NCBI GenBank assembly: GCA_963830915.1
Contig: CAWHOE010000030.1
Coordinates: 1 to 52,006, forward strand
Reading direction: 5' to 3'
Source: a candidate division FCPU426 bacterium
Lineage (GTDB): Bacteria > Oederibacteriota > Muellerivitia > Muellerivitales > Muellerivitaceae
Length of the DNA: 52,006 bases
Shown: piece by piece, positions 29,401 to 37,845 of the stretch
Layout: each line of letters begins with the position of its first letter
Position numbering within the stretch: the first letter of the stretch is position 1
Program-made: the position numbers and the translations under genes
Notes under the pieces: generated by a model
Databases searched by the model: none
What the model saw: the letters and a program-made list of their open reading frames with translations, nothing else
Told to the model about the DNA's origin: nothing

Positions 29401-29529
29401 TGGACTCTCCCGATAGCTGGTTTATTTTGGTGTAGTGTTTGCCCTAACCCCGGAGAACGCTTTTAGGCGCTTGGGGTAGGGCAGTGAGGTGTCGTTTTTG
29501 ATGCAAAATAAGAGGTTTTTAGCGTTTTC

Positions 29530-29590
29530 CCACTTCTCACCACTATTTACCACTTGGCGCCATTATTGAGGTTAATAAGGGTTCCGTCAA
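29530..29590 (-). promoter_or_regulatory. dcw promoter with MraZ-type direct repeats
   Basis: On -: TTGACG (29590-29585), 17 nt, AATAAT (29567-29562), then GTGG three times at exact 10-bp spacing (CCAC at 29530, 29540 and 29550 on +). Confidence 0.8.
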
Positions 29591-29876
29591 GGCTTTTTCG
29601 CTGTAAATACATGAATTTACAAAGGGAGAGGAGGTGGGGAGAAAGGCTTAATTCCCTGTTTTTTGTGGAAATATATAGGTTTTAGAGCTTTTCAGAGGGA
29701 AAACACAGGAAATATAAGGGTTATTGGGGGAGTTTGGTCTTCATTACAAACAACCCCAAAGCACCCCAACAGGCTTAGAATTGATTAATGGATTCTATCA
29801 CTTGTCAACGTCGGAAATCCGAAGTGGACATTAGGCGTTATTAAATTAGGTTTTTTAAAGACAGGAGGGATGGAGT

Positions 29877-31562
29877 TTGATCAATATCAAAAACGGTATT
29901 TGGAATATGATCTGGCGCCCTTTGACCCTGGGGATTTTGGCGAGTACGGTTCCTGGGTTTTATATCGGTAAGATATTGTATTGGAAGGACGGGCCACTGT
30001 TGCCTTGGTTTTGGGGGGCGACCGTGATCCTTGCGGCCGCATTTCTCTTTGTTTCCATTCAACTCCTCATTGGGATGTATAGAACATTAACTGGAGCGGG
30101 GACGGCCCGGCTCCCCCACTGGGCCGGTTACTTTCTTTTCGCTCTTTTCCTGTTTTTCATCGGCTGCTTTCTAGCGGGTTATTTTTGGTGGGAGACGGGG
30201 GGAATCGCTCTAGCTTCAGCCAAAAAGGACGTATTGGATTCCGGATATCATTGGGGACCTCCGGAAAATGCTCCATTCATTCCGGATAATAAAAACTCGG
30301 TTTATCTATTTAATCAGGCTTGGAATGCCCCTTCGATGAGAAAACTCGGCTCACCTGCCGCCATCTTTGACGATCCCCCCAAAGGCCGTTTTGCGGAGAA
30401 CTCCCGAATTTACGGACCCCAAACAAAAAAAGATGATTCTTCCGAAAGACCTTTTTTTAAAAAGAAAACAGAATTTGAATTTTTGATCTCTTTCAACCAC
30501 GACGCTATCGAGGGCCATTTGACCCAAGAAGAGAAAAAATACGCCCGTCTTTTAATCAAAGAACATGAGGACGCTTTTTATTTCACGGACAAAGCCTTCG
30601 AAGCCCAAGGCACGGACTGGGGGATTGATTATCGGGAGGACCCTTGGAAAATTCCGGTCCCAAGAGAGGCCTATTTCCTGACCTTGGCCAATTTAATTCG
30701 GGTACGAGCCATCGTGCAGGCGATGGACGGGGACACCCGAGGGACAGTCAAAAGCCTTAAAACGGGTTTCCTTTTGGCCGATGTGTGTCATCAAGTGCAT
30801 GATGTTATCGGCGAAATGATCGGTATGGCTGTAAGGCGGATCATGATATTACCTCTCCGTTATCTACTTTTAAGGCAGCATGTGGGAAGGGATGCGGAAG
30901 CCGATATCCTTCGATACCTTCCGCAGGAAAAATGGAAAAAAGAATTTGACGATTCCATGCAATACGAATTTTTTAACAAACAATTTTCATTCGAAAAAGG
31001 TTCTTGGCTTGGTTACTTGAAGGAAAACCGCTGGGGAGCCTTTACTTACCCCTTTTTGTTGTTTGATCGGGCTTCAATGTATGAAGTCGATCTCCAGTTC
31101 ATGAAGAATCTTCGGAATCCGTCAGAGGTTGAAAAACTGGTTGAAAGGTACCAGATCACCGGCTGGTTGTTGGGCTCCATAGCCTTTCCTAGATTCAATC
31201 AAATGTTCGAAAAAGAGAACGAAACTTTAACCCAATGTGGCCTTGCTGAACTACAAATCCAAGCTGATTTGTTCCGTCGCCAATATGGACACTGGCCGAA
31301 AAATGAAGAGGATTTAGGAAAAATCTGTCGCCATTACGTTGATGGGGATTCCGGTAAGCTGCCCGAAGTGATGGTAAGTGGTGGTTTTGTAAAGGGAGCG
31401 AAGTCACCCTCTGGCAACAAGGTCACAATGGCGGAAAAAGGAGAAACCCCTAAGGCCAGCGGCTCGGGGTGGCTATACGATAGTAATTTCGGGGCGGTTT
31501 ACGTGAATAGTACGGTGAAAGATTCAAAAGCGGTTCCTTATTCATTCTATGGTTTTGAATAA
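29877..31562 (+). CDS. Membrane-anchored hypothetical protein with pseudopilin-like C-terminal region
   Basis: Three N-terminal TM helices, large helical domain, DLFRRQYGHWPKNEEDL and a GWLYDSNFGAVYVNS...DSK tail; lower GC than the dcw genes. Confidence 0.75.
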   Translation: MINIKNGIWNMIWRPLTLGILASTVPGFYIGKILYWKDGPLLPWFWGATVILAAAFLFVSIQLLIGMYRTLTGAGTARLPHWAGYFLFALFLFFIGCFLAGYFWWETGGIALASAKKDVLDSGYHWGPPENAPFIPDNKNSVYLFNQAWNAPSMRKLGSPAAIFDDPPKGRFAENSRIYGPQTKKDDSSERPFFKKKTEFEFLISFNHDAIEGHLTQEEKKYARLLIKEHEDAFYFTDKAFEAQGTDWGIDYREDPWKIPVPREAYFLTLANLIRVRAIVQAMDGDTRGTVKSLKTGFLLADVCHQVHDVIGEMIGMAVRRIMILPLRYLLLRQHVGRDAEADILRYLPQEKWKKEFDDSMQYEFFNKQFSFEKGSWLGYLKENRWGAFTYPFLLFDRASMYEVDLQFMKNLRNPSEVEKLVERYQITGWLLGSIAFPRFNQMFEKENETLTQCGLAELQIQADLFRRQYGHWPKNEEDLGKICRHYVDGDSGKLPEVMVSGGFVKGAKSPSGNKVTMAEKGETPKASGSGWLYDSNFGAVYVNSTVKDSKAVPYSFYGFE

Positions 31563-31734
31563 TGAATCCACTCAAAGACTGTCGTAAAATTGGGTCCAAG
31601 CCTATAGATTATACTTCGAACTCTTCTCGGCGAACTTCTTGTTCCGCGCCTTCTTTTAACCTTTATCCACTGATGGCCCCTACCCTTTAAAAATTCGTCA
31701 TCACTCAATTCCCCATTGATTCCGGTAACATCCA

Positions 31735-32289
31735 CTAATTCGTGAGGATCGCGTCGATCGCAAGAACCGATTTCGGCAATTCCCCGGATACATCCAAAGT
31801 TCCCGCACAGATATGGCAGTTGAAAATGGTCTTGAGGTACTTTTTTTCGATAAGTTCCGGGATGGAGTCGAAATAATCCCCCTCCGGTACCTGTTGCCGG
31901 TAGAACTGGTAAAGGCCCTTGGTCCCCTTCTTGGAATTACAGGTTTGGCAGGCCCAGACCTGATTATGAATAGCCTGGATGGTGCCACAAGAGGCGCAAT
32001 CGGGCTTGATCTTGAGCGACTTGGGGACGATGTGCTCTTTCGCCAGGGGCTCCCCGGCCCCGCAATAAGCGCATTTTTTCTCCGCCTCTACCAATTGCCA
32101 GTTTTCCCTCGTGATCTCGCTCCAGTTCATTTGCCCGTTCTGCAATTTCCGGAAGGTTTGCTTGATGAAGCCGTAGTGTTTCTTCTTGGCGCTTTCCCCG
32201 TCGGGCATGTGAAAGGCGCTTTTCGCGATGATTTTCGCGTATTGGTAATAGATCAAATCCCGGATAGTCTTTACGTCTCGATCAGGCAT
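31735..32289 (-). CDS. HNH endonuclease-like protein with four CxxC motifs
   Basis: CAYC...EHIVPKS...CASC...HNQVWACQTCNSKKG...CHIC; likely start MPDRD (alternative start 32301). Confidence 0.85.
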   Translation of the reverse strand: MPDRDVKTIRDLIYYQYAKIIAKSAFHMPDGESAKKKHYGFIKQTFRKLQNGQMNWSEITRENWQLVEAEKKCAYCGAGEPLAKEHIVPKSLKIKPDCASCGTIQAIHNQVWACQTCNSKKGTKGLYQFYRQQVPEGDYFDSIPELIEKKYLKTIFNCHICAGTLDVSGELPKSVLAIDAILTN

Positions 32290-32687
32290 TCGTACCCCCA
32301 TAACCAGCTAATTAGTATCTAAAAACCCGGCCTAGCCTATATCTCACAGCTTAGGCAAAATTTACATTTCCAATCCCGATTAAACGCTCCCCACGTTTTC
32401 AGCCTATTTCCCACTTGGTTATTATCGTACTCCTCAAAACACCCAATACTCTTCAAGAAAACCAACCTGTTACGCATTGGATATTTTGGTATCTCCCATT
32501 CACTTTTAAAAACCGCCTGGATTTTGACAATTCATACCATCCTCCCGACCCACGAGCCGGGACAAAAAGGGGGTATCTGGACAAGCTTTTGCCCAGCCGC
32601 TGGGCAAAGGGTGCCGTTATGGGTCACCGGGCTTTCCGGTGGGTGGCCTGGTCTTTCCGATGGACGGAAACACCCCTTCCGATGGGC

Positions 32688-32991
32688 GTCCGGTAGGCGG
32701 TCGGGAGTGACCGGGCACCGGCCAGCAGTGACCGGTAGCCGGCCGGGAGGTGACCGGGCACCGGCCAGGTACGACCGGTAGTCGGCCGGGGGGTGACCGG
32801 TAACCGACCAGGAGCGACCGGTAGTCGCCGGGGGGTGACCGGTAACCGGCCGGTAGCGACCGGTAGGCGGCCGGGAGGTGACCGGGCACCGGCCGGTAGC
32901 GACCGGTAGTCGGCCGGGGGGTGACCGGTAACCGGCCGGTAGCGACCGGTAGGCGGCCGGGGGGTGACCGGTAACCGGCCAGGAACGACCG
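32688..32991. repeat. Tandem array 1: seven units of 42-43 bp, each two GACCGG half-units
   Basis: Unit starts at 32688, 32730, 32773, 32816, 32858, 32901 and 32944 (partial at 32987); consensus GACCGGTAGNCGGCCGGGRGGTGACCGGKMACCGGCCRGKAGC. Confidence 0.95.
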
Positions 32992-33082
32992 CGGATTCGA
33001 CTCCCTCCCCCCTACGCTAAAGCTTCTGGGGACAGGTCGGTCGCTCACCGTCGATGGGTGCCCTGGCTTTTTCACTTATAAT

Positions 33083-33219
33083 TGCCGGTGGACACCTCCG
33101 AAATGCCAGCGAATGCAGATGGGAATGTCGGTGGAAAGCTCATAATGCCGGTGGACGTGCGGGTGGATGTCGGTGGACTGCCCCAAATGCTGGTGGACGT
33201 GCCGGTGGATGTCCGGTCT
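33083..33219. repeat. Tandem array 2: TGYCGGTGGA-like motif with 42-bp super-period
   Basis: Copies at 33083, 33104, 33126, 33146, 33158, 33168, 33188, 33200 and 33210. Confidence 0.85.
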
Positions 33220-33252
33220 TTCCGGGGGCCGGAAATACCCCTACCGCCCCCT

Positions 33253-33334
33253 CCGGCGGAAAGGCCCCGTCCGTCCGGCGGAAAAACCCCGGTCTCCCGG
33301 CGGAATAGGCACCCCCTCCGGCGGAAAGACCCCC
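33253..33334. repeat. Tandem array 3: four CCGGCGGAA copies at 21-22 bp spacing
   Basis: Copies at 33253, 33275, 33297 and 33318. Confidence 0.85.
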
Positions 33335-33340
33335 TAAAAC

Positions 33341-33372
33341 AAAAAAAGCCACCGGGGTTGCCGGTGGCTTTT
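33341..33372. terminator. Intrinsic terminator (minus strand, possibly bidirectional)
   Basis: AAAAAAAGCCACCGG-GGTTG-CCGGTGGCTTTT. Confidence 0.85.
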
Positions 33373-33387
33373 CAATTAAACGAAAAG

Positions 33388-33693
33388 TTATCTGCCTTCG
33401 CAAACCTTGAGCTGATCCAAAGCCGCGTTGATGGCTTGGATAGCGTCCGCCTTGTGGCCGTGGAAATCATCAGCGGCTTGCCAAAGGGTATGCTTGGCGT
33501 TCTGCAATTGCTTGGCAGCCTTCCAAATGAGCGGGTGATGATGCCCAGCGCCGGCCTTGAAATCAAAATGGGCCTGGTCGTCTCCCCCGATATTGACGCT
33601 CAAATTAATGGCATCAGCGTTCGCCACGATCGGCAAAACCATCAATCCCAGAATTCCCAAGCAGCAAAACAACATACGTAAAGTGTTTTTCAT
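33388..33693 (-). CDS. Small secreted helical protein
   Basis: Signal peptide (ANA/DA), HHHPLIWKAAKQLQNAKHTL...FHGHKADAI; GGAGG RBS; terminator downstream. Confidence 0.75.
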   Translation of the reverse strand: MKNTLRMLFCCLGILGLMVLPIVANADAINLSVNIGGDDQAHFDFKAGAGHHHPLIWKAAKQLQNAKHTLWQAADDFHGHKADAIQAINAALDQLKVCEGR

Positions 33694-33929
33694 CTTTGTA
33701 AATCCTCCCGCTTAAATTTTATTACGACAAACCCGGCCTTGATGAACCTTACCGGGCCGTAATTAAGACGTTTGGTCAGTAGTAATAGTTGCGGATTAGG
33801 AGGGGATATAAATCAGGAGGTTAAAGGGAAAACATTCGGATATCTTGCCAAACAAACTTCTTTACTTAGATGAAACAAGATTTTTGCCATTAAAACCGCA
33901 AAGAATCAAAAAAAGCCAAGTCCATCTTT

Positions 33930-34110
33930 GCCACCGATGAACACTGATGAACACCGATGGGAAAAAAATTTAAACTTTGATTCTTTGTTGGAACAAAATC
34001 TGTGTTCATCTGTGTTCATGCCGACCTTCAATAAACCTTTTATAGAGGTCGGTATAGTACCGATTACCAATACATCTATTTCAATGGAGAATCGGCAAAT
34101 CGGTGGCTAA
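33930..34110. repeat. Intergenic palindromic repeat (GATGAACAC type), right arm interrupted by an insertion
   Basis: GCCACCGATGAACACTGATGAACACCGAT...ATCTGTGTTCATCTGTGTTCA[insert]AATCGGTGGC. Confidence 0.85.
34017..34099 (+). mobile_element. Double-hairpin micro-element, copy A (79 bp plus flanking dinucleotides)
   Basis: CA-TGCCGACC...GGTCGGTATAGTACCGATT...AATCGGCA-AA; shares an identical 28-bp core with copy B. Confidence 0.8.
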
Positions 34111-35606
34111 TATTTTTTCCTGTCCGTTAATACTTGGCCGATGGCCCATTTCCATCCGGCCCACAGTTTCTTCCGGGTCTCTTCCTTCATTTTGGGTAGG
34201 AATACCTTGTCCACCTGCCTGATCTTTTGGATCTCAGCGCTGTCCTTCCAGAAACCCACTTGCAGACCAGCCAGATAGGCCGCGCCCATGGCGGTGGTCT
34301 CCACCACTTTGGGCCGGTTGATCTTGACCTTCATAATGTCGGCCTGAAATTGCATGAGCAAGTTGTTCTTGCAGGCCCCGCCGTCCACCCGCAATTCCTT
34401 CAGGCTTAATTTTGAATCCTTCTCCATGGCTTCCACCAGGTCCTTGCTTTGATAGGCCAGGGATTCCAACGCCGCGCGAACCACATGTTCCCTCTTGGTT
34501 CCCCGGGTGATGCCCACCAATCCGCCACGGGCCTTGGAGTCCCAATAGGGCGCGCCCAAACCCACGAAAGCCGGGACCAGGTAAACCCCGCCCGTATCGG
34601 GGACAGAAGCCGCCACTTGTTCGGACTCGGCCGAGGTCTTGACCAGTCCCAAACCGTCCCTGATCCATTGAATGGCCGCCCCGCCGATGAAGACCGACCC
34701 TTCCAGCACATAGGCTGGCTGGCCCTTGGCGTCGCAACCCAGGGTAGTCAATAACTTGTTCTTGGAAATGATGTATTTCTTCCCCATGTTCAACAGAAGG
34801 AAACAACCTGTCCCGTAGGTGTTCTTGAGGGTTCCCGGTTCGTGGCAGCCCTGGCCGAACAAGGCGGCTTGTTGGTCCCCCGCCATGCCTGTGATGGGGA
34901 TATCGGCGCCCAGATAACTTTTGGAGGAGGTCACCCCGAATGAACTGGCCGAGGCCTGGGCCTTGGGCAATAGGGACGCGGGAACCCGAAGGGTCTTAAG
35001 TAATTGAGGGTCCCATTGCTTGGTCTTGATATTGAACAAAAGGGTTCGGGAAGCGTTGGAATAATCGGTGGCGTGCGACTTTCCGCCGGTCAGATTCCAC
35101 AGAAGCCAGGTATCCATGGTTCCAAAAGCCAATTCCCCTTTGGCCGCCCTCTTGGCGGCCCCAGGGGCGTTTTGAAGTAGCCATTCGATCTTGGTCCCGG
35201 AAAAATAAGCGTCCAACACCAACCCGGTCTTTTTCAAGAAAAGGCCTGCCTTACCCTGAGCTTTCAATTGGTCGCAACGATGGGCCGTTCTTCGGCATTG
35301 CCAGACGATGGCCTTGTGGATGGGTTTGCCTGTCTTCCGGTCCCAGATGACCGTGGTTTCCCTTTGGTTGGTGATACCGATAGCGGCTATATCCCCGGGT
35401 TTGGCCCCGGCTGACTTCAATGCCGCTTGACCGGTCCTTTCCACCGCTTCCCATATCTCCTGGGCGTCATGTTCCACCCAACCTGGCTTAGGGAAATATT
35501 GGGTGAATTCCTGGTAAGCGTTCCCCACCACTTTCCCCGAATGGTCAAATAGATAGGTCCGGACCCCCGTGGTCCCCTCGTCAATGGCTAGGATCAGTTT
35601 TTCCAT
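34107..35606 (-). CDS. glpK: Glycerol kinase
   Basis: LAIDEGTTG, GITNQRETT, TDYSNASRT, GDQQAALFGQ, KNTYGTGCF, LRVDGG. Confidence 0.98.
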   Translation of the reverse strand: MEKLILAIDEGTTGVRTYLFDHSGKVVGNAYQEFTQYFPKPGWVEHDAQEIWEAVERTGQAALKSAGAKPGDIAAIGITNQRETTVIWDRKTGKPIHKAIVWQCRRTAHRCDQLKAQGKAGLFLKKTGLVLDAYFSGTKIEWLLQNAPGAAKRAAKGELAFGTMDTWLLWNLTGGKSHATDYSNASRTLLFNIKTKQWDPQLLKTLRVPASLLPKAQASASSFGVTSSKSYLGADIPITGMAGDQQAALFGQGCHEPGTLKNTYGTGCFLLLNMGKKYIISKNKLLTTLGCDAKGQPAYVLEGSVFIGGAAIQWIRDGLGLVKTSAESEQVAASVPDTGGVYLVPAFVGLGAPYWDSKARGGLVGITRGTKREHVVRAALESLAYQSKDLVEAMEKDSKLSLKELRVDGGACKNNLLMQFQADIMKVKINRPKVVETTAMGAAYLAGLQVGFWKDSAEIQKIRQVDKVFLPKMKEETRKKLWAGWKWAIGQVLTDRKKY

Positions 35607-37072
35607 GGCCCCTCCATTCTTTGAACGTCGATAGTTTGAACCGGCTGGTTGGCGATGAGGATGAGGTCTTCCCCATCCTTTACCCGAACCCAGGTCGGTA
35701 GGTTCTTATTAAGGTCCGCCACATCTTCCTTGTGCGCCACACAGAGAACCAGGTCCTTAGTGTCGAACAGGGGCTTGAGGTCCTGGGCCTTAGTGAGGAG
35801 CGGCTCGGCGGCGTGGTCGGAAAAGAAAAGGAGCGCGTTATTCAGCCCCCAATATTCCTCTTTCAGGCCGATGATCTTGGCCCCTCTATTGGCGAAATAT
35901 TTAACATAGGGAGCGATGATGCGGGTGTCCTTTTCCCTGTCCTTATCCAATGGGATAGGAAGGGCGAAGAGCAATATTCCCGCGCAAGCGCAAAGGACCG
36001 TCAGACCCGTTCTAAGCTTGTTTTCCCATTTTCCATGGTAGGCCCATTGCTCCAAGCCAATGGCCGAGACGATGGCCAGCGCCGGGAAGGACTGCATCAG
36101 GTACCAGAGGAACTTGGTCTGGATGGGGACCAAAAGCGCCAACACTGTCAGGGACCAGAGGGATAAATAGACCATCTTGTCCTGATCCCACCGGCGGTTC
36201 CGATAAAGAATGACCAGACCGAAGACGGCCAATGGAAGCCAGGGCCAATAATAAACCAGCAAATCCTTGAACAGACCGAAATGCTGGAGAAAGGTTTGGG
36301 AGTCATCGCCCGAAACCTTGTTCAAGATGATGAACTTCAAGTGGACATTGATGAAGTCCTGCCCTCCCACCGAATACTGGGTCCAAACCCAAGCGGCCGT
36401 GATGCCGGTGAAAAGAGCGATACCCATGAGGAAATAGGGGTTCAGCAGTTCTTTCCCTCGTTTGGTGAGGATGAGGAAAAGGACCGTCACGATGACCGGG
36501 AATACCCCGAACAGGCTCTTGGTCAGGATGGTCAGACCGATACAAAGACCCCAGAGCAGGAAGAATTTCCGATCCTTGCGGATGGCCAGAACCAGCGCCC
36601 CCATGGCCGCTGTCACGAAAAAAGCCAGGGTCACGTCCAGCATGGCGTGACGGCTGTATTTGAGGAAAGGATAGGTGGTAGCCAGAATGAAGGCTGAATA
36701 GAGCCCAACCTGACGGTTGACGATGTTTTTACCAATCAGATAGACCAGCCCGACGGTCAGGAAGCCCATCAGGGCCGAGGGAAACTTGGCGGCGAAGACC
36801 GTGATCCCGAACGCCTTATAGGAAAGAGCCACCAGCCACATGAACAAGGGCGCGTTATGGAAGGCCGGATGGTAGTTGTAGTTCAGGTAGGACCAATGAC
36901 CGGTCCGAAGGATCTCCTTGGCTTCCTCGGCGTAGAAACAATCGTCGAAGTTGGCCATGCCATTGAGGCCCAGCTTGGCGAAGAATACCGCCAGGGCGAA
37001 TAGGCCGACCATGGCCAGTTGGACCTTCTCGTCGAGAAGGAAACTTCCTGATTTAACCTGGCTTTTCATCAT
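35594..37072 (-). CDS. ArnT/GT83-like membrane glycosyltransferase
   Basis: NFDDCFYA, APLFMW, SRHAMLD, LTILTK; many TM helices; overlaps the GT2 gene and glpK. Confidence 0.85.
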   Translation of the reverse strand: MMKSQVKSGSFLLDEKVQLAMVGLFALAVFFAKLGLNGMANFDDCFYAEEAKEILRTGHWSYLNYNYHPAFHNAPLFMWLVALSYKAFGITVFAAKFPSALMGFLTVGLVYLIGKNIVNRQVGLYSAFILATTYPFLKYSRHAMLDVTLAFFVTAAMGALVLAIRKDRKFFLLWGLCIGLTILTKSLFGVFPVIVTVLFLILTKRGKELLNPYFLMGIALFTGITAAWVWTQYSVGGQDFINVHLKFIILNKVSGDDSQTFLQHFGLFKDLLVYYWPWLPLAVFGLVILYRNRRWDQDKMVYLSLWSLTVLALLVPIQTKFLWYLMQSFPALAIVSAIGLEQWAYHGKWENKLRTGLTVLCACAGILLFALPIPLDKDREKDTRIIAPYVKYFANRGAKIIGLKEEYWGLNNALLFFSDHAAEPLLTKAQDLKPLFDTKDLVLCVAHKEDVADLNKNLPTWVRVKDGEDLILIANQPVQTIDVQRMEGPWKN

Positions 37073-37821
37073 CCTTTAGGCTTATCGAACTTGAATAGGT
37101 CCAGGGGCAGGCCCATGCGGGACAGGCGAAACTGCAAGGCCGTCCAGAGGCATCCCAGACCGTATTGGGAACTGCGCACGAAGTTGATAGAGGAAGCCTC
37201 AGCGAAATACTTGGCAGGACAGGTGACCTCGGCGATCTTGAAACCCAGATAGTGGATCTGGGAGAGCATCTGGTTGTCGAAGATGAAATCGTCCGAGTTC
37301 TTTTCCAAAGGCAGGGCTTCCAGGACTTTCCGGGTGAAAGCCCGGTAGCCCGTGTGGTACTCGGAAAGTTTGGCGCCCATCAGGATGTTCTGGGTCAGGG
37401 TCAGGAAACGGTTACTGATGTACTTGTACAGGGGCATCCCCCCCGCCAGCGCTTGCCCGCCCAGGATGCGGGAGCCCAGGACCACGTCATAGAGACCCGA
37501 TTCCAGCAGATAGGCCATGGCCGAGATGAGCTTGGGGGTGTATTGGTAGTCTGGGTGGAGCATGATGACGATATCGGCGCCGCTTTCCAGGGCGTTCTTG
37601 TAGCAGGTCTTCTGGTTCCCGCCGTAGCCGCGGTTATTGGGATGCACGATGGTCTTGAGACCCAGTTCCCGGGCCAGTTGGGAGGTGTTATCCCGGCTGG
37701 CGTCATCCACCAGGATGGTTTCGTCCACGATATCCTTGGGGACTTCATCATAGGTCGCCCGCAATGTCTTCTCGGCGTTGTAAGCCGGCATGACGACCAC
37801 CACTTTTTTTCCACGGATCAT
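37069..37821 (-). CDS. GT2 family (polyprenol-phosphate) glycosyltransferase
   Basis: VVMPAYNA, LVDDASRD, NRGYGGNQK, MLHPDYQY, EYHTGYRAF. Confidence 0.93.
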   Translation of the reverse strand: MIRGKKVVVVMPAYNAEKTLRATYDEVPKDIVDETILVDDASRDNTSQLARELGLKTIVHPNNRGYGGNQKTCYKNALESGADIVIMLHPDYQYTPKLISAMAYLLESGLYDVVLGSRILGGQALAGGMPLYKYISNRFLTLTQNILMGAKLSEYHTGYRAFTRKVLEALPLEKNSDDFIFDNQMLSQIHYLGFKIAEVTCPAKYFAEASSINFVRSSQYGLGCLWTALQFRLSRMGLPLDLFKFDKPKG

Positions 37822-37845
37822 CGCTCGCTCCTTATAAAAGGCTGT

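Noticed and set aside
31547..31735. 62-aa ORF following the HNH gene as an immunity or antitoxin partner
   Set aside because: The start overlaps the HNH stop, but there is no RBS or recognisable motif and it overlaps the convergent gene end. Unsupported, though not excluded.
32990..33012. tRNA fragment suggested by GGATTCGACTCCC
   Set aside because: It resembles a T-loop only. No cloverleaf, anticodon arm or CCA end can be built.
32688..33334. CRISPR or TIGR array
   Set aside because: There are no unique spacers of constant length, and the units are near-identical or degenerate tandem copies. No cas gene or Nop-domain gene lies in the window.
32415..33681. ORFs over the repeat arrays (32415, 32524, 32617, 33054, 33082, 33140)
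   Set aside because: These are low-complexity translations of GC-rich repeats. The 43-bp period breaks codon phase, and 33082..33681 runs through a terminator and antisense to a real gene.
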